From NCBI GenBank assembly GCA_965644315.1, contig CBFFRQ010000081.1, positions 248,001 to 312,000 of the forward strand: DNA of 64,000 nt. Direction: 5' to 3'. How positions within the stretch are numbered: position 1 is the stretch's first letter; each line of letters begins with the position of its first letter. Below the pieces are notes generated by a model. That model did not search any database. It had not been told where the DNA came from and saw only the letters and a program-made list of their open reading frames with translations. A program made the translations under genes and the position numbers. Positions 11,634-21,072 of this stretch are shown here, one piece after another. Source of the DNA: Caecitellus pseudoparvulus (lineage: Eukaryota; Protista; Bigyra: Bicosoecida).

Positions 11634-14600
11634 ATGGCAGCAGCTGTGACAGGCCATGCACCCACAGAGGGCGCGCCAGCGGGCGTGACAACCCAGCCAG
11701 CACCCTCTGTGGGGGAAACTCTGCGGGCCCGCATGGCAGCAGTGCAGCAGCAGCGCCAGGAACTGCAGGTGCGTGGGCTGGCGTGTGTCCGTGCTGAAAA
11801 GCCGCAGCGGCCCAGCGGGTGCACCGCGTGCCTTCCTTGGCCGCAAAGCAGCTGCCCACGCGGCAGCGATGGCACTTGTTCGCTCACACTGCGCTTCACA
11901 GCAAGAGCTGGCGGCGATTCGTTCGGAGCTTGACGGGCGCAAGCACAAGTCTGGTGGGCGGCAGAAGCGCCTGACGGCTGACCAGATTGAGGAGCGCTTG
12001 GCCGATCTGGAGTACGAGCGGACGACATCCCACGTCAGCATCGCGCGGGACCGCTCCATCATGGCGGAGATCGCCCAGCTGAAGGCCTCTCGCCGAGGCA
12101 TGGCTGCGCAGGAGCTGGCGCACGCCGCCCGCGAGACACTCCTGGACCGCCGCACAGCCATCAACGCCCAGCTGGACGGTGTGTTCGCGGAGCTGGATGA
12201 GCTGCGGGCAGGGCTGGCGGTGGTGGACCGCCTGGACCGTGTGACAGAGCTGAACCCCGACGTCCTGGTCACCAACGATGCGCTGTTGACGGAGGTTGTC
12301 CCCGTGCCAGAGGCACTGGTGGGCCGTATCGTCGGCAAGGGGGGTACCAACATTCGGGCACTGGAGCACGCGTGCAAGGCCTACCTGGACGCCGCACGCA
12401 AGCCCAACGAGGACGGGACGGTGGACATCACCGTGTGTGGTCTGCCTGCTGGCGTGGCGGCGGCGAAGCAGGCGCTGCAGGAGCTGGGTGAGGAGGAGGA
12501 CCGCCACCTGGACCTGCCCCGAGGGCTCATCTCGCTGTTCATGGCGCAGGCAGGGGAGCGTGTTCGGGCGCTGGAGGCGGAACACTTCGTGCGCATTCGC
12601 CTGGACCGCCAGGGGCAGAAGGCTGTGGTGACGGGGCACCCTCGTCGCATCGCTTCCTTGACGGCGGCTGTGGAGGCGTTCCGGGGGCGTTCCGAGACCA
12701 TTCAAGTGGACACCACGACAGTGCCCGCCATCATCGGCAAGAACGGCGCCAACTTCAGGCGCCTGCAGGGGGACCTGGGCATTGAAGTGGAGCGCTTGGG
12801 CAGCAGTGAGCCGGGCGTGGCGGCTGCCAACGCCGAGGGCAATTCCCTCTTGCGTGTGTGGGGTGACTCGCACGCGGCGGTGCGGGAGGGCGTCGCGCGG
12901 CTGCACGAGCTGGAGGAGGCCAGCAAGGAACACGAGGTGGAACACAAAGTGGACCGGGAGTTCATCGGGTTCCTGCTGGGGGACTCGGGCGCCCGTGTCC
13001 AGGCGTTCCGCGCGGAGCACCGTGTGCGGGTCAACGTGGGGGACCACTTGGGGGGTGGGCAGTGGGGCATCACCCTCAAGGGCACCACAGCGCAGCTGGC
13101 AGGCGCAGAGGAGGCCTGGGCAGCCCTGCTGGAGACTTTCCACGCGGCGGTGAAGCAGTTCCCCACCTCCGCCGCCATCGGGCGGTCCATCATCGGCGTC
13201 AGCGGCGCCAGCATCGACAAGCTGCGCGAGTCCACAGGCGCCATCGTGAACGTCATCCTGGGCGGCGCCGAGCGGGGGCATGCCGCCAAGGAAGCCGAGA
13301 AGTATGGGCTGGGCCCCACCGAGGCCCTCATCGTCGTGCGCGGCGAGCCGGAGCAGGTCGCAGCTGCGACCGAGGCAGTGCAGGCTGCCATCGATTCGTT
13401 CACGTCGCAGGAAGTGGCCGTGCCGCACTTCCTGGCAGCGCAGCTGCTGGCCAGCAAGGCCGCACAGCTGCAGAAGCTGCAGGAGGAGTCGGGGGCCCGG
13501 CTGGACCTGGACTTGGGCGAGCTGGTTGGCGGGGAGGAAAAGGGGGGGGGCAAGGGCCGCCGGGGGGGCCTCGCGTCCCAGCTGCGCGAGCCGGCCACCG
13601 TGACAGCGGTGGGCGCCACCGAGGCGGTGGAGGCTGCTGTCGCGTCCCTGCGCGAGCTGGTGGCCAGCAAGAGCGAGGAGCGTGTGGCGCTGCCAAATGA
13701 GGATGCAGCCATCGCCTTCATCGGGCGGGGTGGCGAGCACATTCGGGCTCTGCAGGCCAAGCACAAGGAGGCTGGTGTGAGCGTGGACCTGCACAAGCCC
13801 AGCAAGGCCGTGTACTTGCGGGGTGACAGTGAGGGCGTCGCTGCCGCGGCGGAGGAGGTGCGGGCCTGGGCTGCCGAGTACGCCGCCACCAACGCCGTGG
13901 TGTCTGTGCCCAAAGACGTCATCCCCGCCATCATCGGCAAGGGCGGCGCCACCATCAAGAAGCTGACGCAAGACACGGGCTGCACCTTTGACGTGGACAG
14001 CCGCCGGGGGCGCGTGGCCGTGCAGGGGCCGGCCGATGCGCTGGAGGGCGGCGTGGCGGCGCTGACTGCTCTCGCGGGCCTGGACAAGGACTACTCCGAG
14101 ATGACGGGGCTGAACCTCGGCAACGGCATGGCGGCAAACCTGGTGGGGCGTGGCGGGGCGGGTCTGCGGGCGCTGGAGTCCGACCTGGGTGTGCGCATCT
14201 CCGTGAACGAGGCAGAGGGTTCGATTGGGTTCCGGGGGGACCCCGCCGACATCGCCCGCGCCAAGTTGGCCATCCGACGCAAGCTGCGGGACGGCGTCAC
14301 CACCACCGACACTGTGACTGTGCCCAGCACCCTCATCCGCACCCTGCTGGCCAAGGGAGCCGCCCAGCTCCGCATTCTCGAAGCAGACACGGGCGTGCGG
14401 GTGAAGCTGCCGCCGCGGAGCCGTGGAGCCCCTCAGGGCGCCCCCGCCGGTGTCTCGCACCGCGGCAGTGGCGCCAAGGCCACCATCACCCTGCGGGGTG
14501 GCGCGGCAGGAGTGGCACGCGCCCAGGCGGCACTGCAGGCGCTGGCGGAGGGCAAGGGCTTCGCCATGCTGCCGCTGCTGGCGCCCCAGCTGGAGCATTT

Positions 14601-16713
14601 GCTGGGCAAAGGCAAGCGCAACCTGGAGCGAGTCACGTCCACCCACCGTGTAGAGCTGGACACCACGCCCGCCCCGGGGCAGAACCTGGACGAGCTGGCT
14701 GAAGATGTGGGGCTGGCATCCATGCTGGGGGAGCAGGGCGCCGCCGCCGCAGACGCCACCCAGCGCAGCCAGGCCCTGGCCGCCGCTGTGGCGGATGTGG
14801 CGCTGGAGCCGGGCCTGGTGACGCTGACGGGCACGACAGAGGCGGTTGCTGGCGCGACCAGCGGCATCCACCGCCTGCTGGAGTACCAGTTCCCAGGCCT
14901 GTACATGGCTGTGGACGTGCCCAGCACGCTCCTGGGACACATGGCCATGCCCCCCTCCAAGGGCGGGGACGGCGGCGCGGCTGCCGACAGCGACGTCGGT
15001 ACGCCTGCGGCAGGGGGCGAGGAGGCGGAGGAGGGCGCAAGCACGCCCCTGCCTGTGCCCAGCCAGTCCGACCTGACATCGGACATTCCCAACCTGGCGC
15101 AGGTCGTGGAGCGCCACGCCGTGTTCGCCTTCGCCAGTCGGCACGCCGGCTGCATCGTCGTGGCTGGGCCAGAGGCTGACGCCGTGGCGGCGGCAGTGGC
15201 TGACATCCAGGCAGGCAAGGCCACCTGGGCCGAGCGTCACGGGGAGGTGCCCATCGAGGAGTGGATGCAGCCCGCCCTGGTGGGCAAGAAGGGCGCCAAC
15301 ATCCGCAAACTGGAGAGCAAGTCTGGCTGCCGCCTGTCCCTGGAGCGGGACGGCGTCCTGCCGGTGGTGGCGCTGGCGGGGCGGGACGCACAGGCTGTCG
15401 CTGCCGGCCTGCGAGTGGTGCAGGAGCGCGTGACGCAGCTGGCGCAGACTCGCGCCCACATCCTGGTGGACGCCCCGGCCGTCCCCGCTATCATCGGCAA
15501 GGGTGGCGCCACCATCAAGCAGCTGACGCAGGACACGGGCTGCTCCATCAACCTGGGTGACCGGGCTGGCTCGGACCCCGTGCGGGTGGAGATCCGAGGC
15601 GACACGGCAGAGGCCACTGCCGCCGGCAAGGCTGCCGTTCTGGCGCTGTTGGCGGAGGAGGGCTACGAGGGCGGCAAGGCCCCCGAGCGTGATTTCGTCA
15701 CGGAGGAGGTGGAGCTGTATGGGCGAGACGGCGCGGCAGCCGTCGTGGGCAAGGGCGGCGCCACGGTGCGTGGGCTGCAGGATGACACCGGCGCCCGTCT
15801 GCGTGTGGACCGTGACTTGGGCGTGGTGGTCATCTCTGGCACGGCCGCCGAGGTGGAGGCCGCCAGTGCTGCGGTGCGAAAGGTGTTGGCAGAGGCGAAG
15901 GCGGCAGCGGCGGAGCGCCAGGGGGGCCGGCGTGAAGGCGGCAGTGGGCGTGGCGGAGGGGGGTCCAAGGGGGGTGACGGAAGCGCCCCTGACGCCGACG
16001 CAGTTGCCCCAGCCCCTGCCGAGCCAACTGGCCCCCACATCCCCGTGGGCACCAGCTCCAAGGAGCGTGCTGCCATCCTGGCCGCGGCGGCCAACAAGGG
16101 CACAAGCAAGGCTGCTCGGCGGCGGGAGAAGGCCCGTGCCGCACGGGTGGGCCTGCTGGGGGATGCCAGTGGACCCGATGCCGACGCACTGCTGGCCCAG
16201 CTGGCAGATGTGGGGGGGGATGAGGGGGCCCCCGCCCCTGGCCCGACCGGCACTGCACCGGCGCCGGGCCCTGCTGATGACCTGCTGCAGCTGCTGGGCA
16301 GTTTGCCGGGTGTCAGCGATGACGTGCAGGAGGCAGCAGCGCCCGCTGCAGTGGAGGCGGCAGCGCCAGGTACGGGGCTTGTGCCGCCTCCTGGCCTGGG
16401 CGATGAGCCTGTGGCAGAGGCGAGGGTGCCCCCGCCGGGCTTTGCGTCCCCTGCCCCCACCAAGGCCAGCCTTGTGCCGCCTCCCGGCTTCACGCCGGCA
16501 GTGGCAAAGCGCACAGTGGCACACATGACTTCAGCGCCAGCACCAGCGCCAGCTCCAGGGCCGGTGGCAGGCATTGATGCCGTGGCCCAGCTCATGCAGG
16601 GGGCGGCGCAGAGTGCACCTGTTGAGGTGGCACCGCCCACGGTACCTGTCGCGGGGCGTGCCCGGGCGCGTGGCACCCACGCTCGTGCTGGGCGTGTCAA
16701 CATCAGGCTGTGA
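11634..16713 (+). CDS. Vigilin/Scp160-like multi-KH RNA-binding protein with an N-terminal Bfr1-like coiled coil
   Basis: Exon 1 11634-11768, GT-AG intron 11769-11901, exon 2 11902-16713. About 14-15 tandem KH motifs (IVGKGG, IIGKNG, FIGRGG, IIGKGG, LVGKKG, VVGKGG and degenerate copies). Confidence 0.85.
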
Positions 16714-16841
16714 AACGCCGGCACCTCCGTTCGGCTGCACAATGCACACCGCCTGTCACTCCACAGCACCCCGACTCACCACCGCTTCACTCTCACCGCT
16801 GCACTCATGCCTCTGGGTGTGAGTGTGCTGCTCCACCATTC

Positions 16842-18705
16842 ATGGGAAGCTGCCTCAGCTCGCAAGTTGACACAGGCACCTCGGTCAGCAAGCCGCTGCT
16901 GCAGGAGCCGCCGAAGCAGTACAACTTGCGATCTGCCTCCAAGTCGAGGCACTCTTCGCACGGAGCAGCTGCTACAGGTGCAGGTCTCGCTAATCAAGAC
17001 GCCATGGCAGCCCAGGGTTCCATGGCCACGCTGGTGCCCGGAGAAACTGTGGAGCATTTCAAGGCCAAGTTCCGCAGGCTCATTGACCAGGAGACTGACC
17101 CCGCCAAGCGCGCCGAGCTGGAGGCCCAACTGGCTGAGAAGGAGGCCGCCATCATGGCCAAGACGTACTGGTGAGCCACGCCCCCGTCGGTGCCTGCGTG
17201 CCCCGTGTGGCGGGAGGGGAGCGTTTCTTGGCCACAGCGGCACCCTGCCGCCGACACCAGGCCAGAGACACTCTCGCGCCGACTGCCTGCACGCGCCGCT
17301 GGCGCACCGCCTCACACCGCTTCACGTGTTGTCCACACAGCCGTCAAGACTTCGAGCCGCTCATCATCATCGGCCGAGGCGCCTTTGGCGAGGTATGTGC
17401 CCCAGTGCACCCTGCGGCAACGCTGGCACCGGCCTGCAAGCGGCTTCGGCGACACTGCATGCACTTGCGCTACTCTCTGCGCGCGCCGCGCAGGTGCGCA
17501 TCGTGCGCAAGGTCACCACGGGGGAGGTGTTAGCCATGAAGATCATGAAGAAGGAGGCCATGGTGCTGAAGAACCAAATCGGCCACATCAAGGCGGAGCG
17601 TGACGCGATGGTTGACGTGCTGGACCGCTTCGTGGTGAACTTGCACTACTCCTTCCAGGACGACGACCACCTGTACCTGGTCATGGACTACCTGCCAGGC
17701 GGCGACCTCATGGGCCTGCTCATCAAGGAGGATGTGTTCCCTGAGGAAGCCACCAAGTTCTACGCGGCACAGGCCATCCAGGCCATCGGCGCCATCCACG
17801 CTCTGGGGTACATCCACCGCGACTTGAAGCCTGACAACCTGCTGCTGGACGCCGCAGGGCACCTGCGCCTGACGGACCTGGGCCTCTGCAAGAAGGTGGA
17901 CGGGGGGGACACCACCTTGGGCAAGCTGCAGGAGGAGGCGGTGAAGGCGGCCCAGGCTGGCTCGCCCGGCAGCGTGGCGCCCGCCTCGTCCTCCGCCACC
18001 CACCGCACCCGCCGCCTGGCGTACTCCACCGTGGGCACGCCCGACTACATCGCGCCAGAGGTGCTGCTGAAGAAGGGCTATGGCAAGGAGGCGGACTGGT
18101 GGAGCCTGGGCGTCATCCTGTTCGAGTGCCTGGTGGGGTACCCGCCCTTCTACGCGGATGACCCCGTGTCCACCTGCCGCAAGATCCTGCGGTGGCCGGA
18201 GACCCTCGTCTTCCCTGCCGACCGCACGAAGCACCTGAGCCACGAGTGCATGGACTTCCTGCGTGGGCTGCTGAACCACGCTGACTCCCGCCTCGGGCGA
18301 GGGGGGGCTGACGAGCTGCGGTCACACCCCTGGCTGGCAGACGTGGACTGGGCCGCGCTGGATGACTACGAGGCGCCGTACGTGACGACGCAGGGCGCCC
18401 TGGTGGGCAGCCTCATGTCCACCATCGCCACCATGCCGCGTGACAGCCCTGACTTCCTGCCCATGGTGAAGGACCTGGCGGCCGCCTTTGACGACTTCGG
18501 CCCCGTGCCAGAGGAGGAGATGGAGTACTTCCGCACCCTGCCCGACCCTGGGTCCAAGTCGGCCAAGGGCGGTGCCGGGCGGGGCCGTGCTGCGCGCTCT
18601 GTGGGTGGCCTGCTCGGCAAAAAGGGTCGGCGTGTCAACCCCAAGGCGGCGCCGAAGGTGGAGGGGTACACCTTCCGACGCACTCTGCGAGACTCCAAGA
18701 AATGA
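16842..18705 (+). CDS. NDR/LATS-family AGC Ser/Thr kinase
   Basis: Introns 17171-17340 and 17393-17493. Motifs [45 protein letters not shown], and C-terminal EGYTFRR. Confidence 0.92.
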
Positions 18706-18815
18706 GACACGCCGCGAATGGGCCGTCTGTGTCAAGAAAATGCACGACCTCGTGCCCTGCGTGCGCCTGCCAGCGCCCAACCTCACAGTTTGGCGTGGCA
18801 AGGATAGGTTTCGCC

Positions 18816-20275
18816 ATGTGCACTGCACTTCGCCTCGCGGCTGTCGCGTGTGTGGCCGCAGGCGCTGCCATGGCAACGCCCGAGGGCACATTCACGCCAG
18901 CCACAGACACAAATGTTGCATTCTCTGGCCGGGGCTTTGCTTTCCCAAATGGATCTCGCCAGTTCGACTACTCTGGCAGCCAGCTAGCGTTTGTGACCAC
19001 TGGCGCAAGCGTTGTGATGGATGTGACGGTCGTCTCGCCCGCCACCGTGCCAGGGGACGTCTTCGACGTCTTCCTGGACTCCATCTTTGCAACACGCCTG
19101 CAACTGGTGTCTGGCACGCGCCTGTACCCGCTCTTCTCCCTCTGGCCTGCCAGTCGCTTGGTGCAGGTGATCAAGGCCACCGAACCGGCTTGGTGCGTTT
19201 CGGCTTGACCCTGCGAGCGGGCGACACCACGCACAGCACAGTGCCCTGCATGCACCGCCTTCCCCGTGCAGGAACGCTGGCAATGCCACTCTCCGGGCCC
19301 CCGTGGTGAACGGGTTCTGGATCACCGGGTCCATGCAGGCGCCGCCTCCACCCACAGGCACCACTGTCGGCCTGCGCAGCGAAGTGTACCCCGTGGCACC
19401 GCCGCCCTATGGAGGCCCGCGCCGCCTGCTGTTCATCGGTGACTCCCTCACCGCAGGGTACGGCAGTCTGGGTCACAAGCCCTGCGCGTCGCTGCCCACG
19501 AACCAAGACTACGCAGTGACGTGGGGAGCGCGCACGTGCACTGCACTTGGCGCAGAGTGCCACACGCTGGCGTGGTCAGGGAGGGGCCTCGTGCGCAACT
19601 ATGTGCCTGGTGAAGAGCCAAGCACGCACATGACCAGCATTGCACAGTGCGTGACGCAGGCCCGCGCTGCACCGCAGCACCCACACACAATGCCGCACCT
19701 TCGTGAGAACACAGGCAGACGCTGGGATCAGGGCCCGCCGTGCCGCACCCGTGGGGTGTTCTGCCTCCATTCCCCCTGCCTCGGAACAACTCCCTGCCTC
19801 AGAACAACGCCTGGAACTGGCAGGCCTGGGCCCCCCACGCTGTCGTCATCAACCTCGGCACCAATGACTTCTGCTGTGGACAGGGCGCCCCTCCCCAGTT
19901 CACAAGTGCCCTAGCGCAGTTCATGGTGAACTTGACATCAGTGCTGGCGCCAGGTCAGGGGGGTGCAGGGGGCCTCCCGGTGCTGGCGGTGACTGGGCCC
20001 ATCACCAACGCCACCACGCCGTACATTGCGAAAGCAGTCGCCCTGGCTGCGCAGCAAGGCGTGCAGGCGCAGCTGGTGGACCAGTGGGGTGTCCTGGATG
20101 ACCCGGCAACGTACGTAAAACGCATCGCAGCGTCCGTCGCACGCCCGCCCACGCACGTTCCCGCACACGCGCCCTCCGCAGGGATTTCGGCTGTGCCAGC
20201 CACCCCTCAGTCACGGGGCATGCGAAGATGGCTGCTGCCACTGTGCCAGCGCTGCGTGCGGCCCTGGGGTGGTGA
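18816..20275 (+). CDS. Secreted SGNH/GDSL hydrolase, CE2-like carbohydrate acetylesterase
   Basis: Signal peptide MCTALRLAAVACVAAGAAMA; motifs FIGDSLTAGYG, AWSGRGL, VVINLGTNDF, GCASHP..GH; three GT-AG introns. Confidence 0.82.
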
Positions 20276-20503
20276 AGCGACGCACGCCCCACGCCACACC
20301 TTGCCGTTGTGAGGGCTGACAAATGCAGCTCGAAGCCAAACTGCGTGAGAACACTGAAAAATCGACACCGCCATGCAAGTTTGTTTTGTATTTCAACACT
20401 GCACTCCGTGCAGGAATTCAAGTCGCCAAGCGCCCAGGACTGCTGGTAGCGCGCAGGCGTTTTTGCGGAAGTTGGACAGCCACCCCGCCACACATACTCA
20501 AGC

Positions 20504-21023
20504 ATGGTGCGTGGTGCCGACCGCGATGGGGGGTGGCCCGCACCCAGTGCTTTTCTTGTGCATGTGGTTCTCTGTGTACTGCGTTCTGACTGCGAAATAC
20601 CACGCCTTGGCGCGCTGCCCCTCCCAGGCCGCCGAAGTGGAGGAGACCCTGAAGCGCATTCGCAGCCACCGAGGCGTGGAGGGCATCCTCATCATCAACA
20701 ACGATGGCGTGGCGCTGAAGAGCACCATGAGTGCCGAGCAGACCGCGCAGTACTCTGCGGAGATGAGCCGCCTGTGCGCCATGGCGCGCAGCTCAGTGCG
20801 CACGCTGGACAGCGGCAACGATCTCACCTTCCTGCGCATCCGCTCAAAGAAGCACGAAGTCATGGTGGCGCCAGGTGCGTCGGGCGTGCAGTGCTCTCCA
20901 CGTACCGCCCTCGCCCAAGCCACGCCCTTCCCGCTCACAGACAAGGACTACATGCTCATCGTAGTGCAGAACCCGAATGCCGAGGAGGGTGCGGCAGAGG
21001 CCCCTGCCGAGAGTGGTTTGTAG
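20504..21023 (+). CDS. DYNLRB: Dynein light chain roadblock
   Basis: ATG-only first coding exon, introns 20507-20627 and 20875-20940. Protein [48 protein letters not shown]. Confidence 0.95.
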
Positions 21024-21029
21024 TGTGTC

Positions 21030-21037
21030 AATGCATT
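21030..21037. promoter_or_regulatory. AATGCATT palindrome between convergent stops (candidate bidirectional 3'-end signal)
   Basis: Lies in the 49-nt gap between the DYNLRB and TMCO4 stops; the same 8-mer occurs in two other convergent gaps. Confidence 0.5.
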
Positions 21038-21072
21038 TTCCCAAGCAGCTGCACTGCACTGCGCTGTGCGCC

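Noticed and set aside
11896-16524. 1542-aa antisense ORF, and similar ones (21953-24031, 50995-52377, 46364-47842, 3150-4658)
   Set aside because: Shadow frames of GC3-rich genes on the opposite strand, with no domain motifs.
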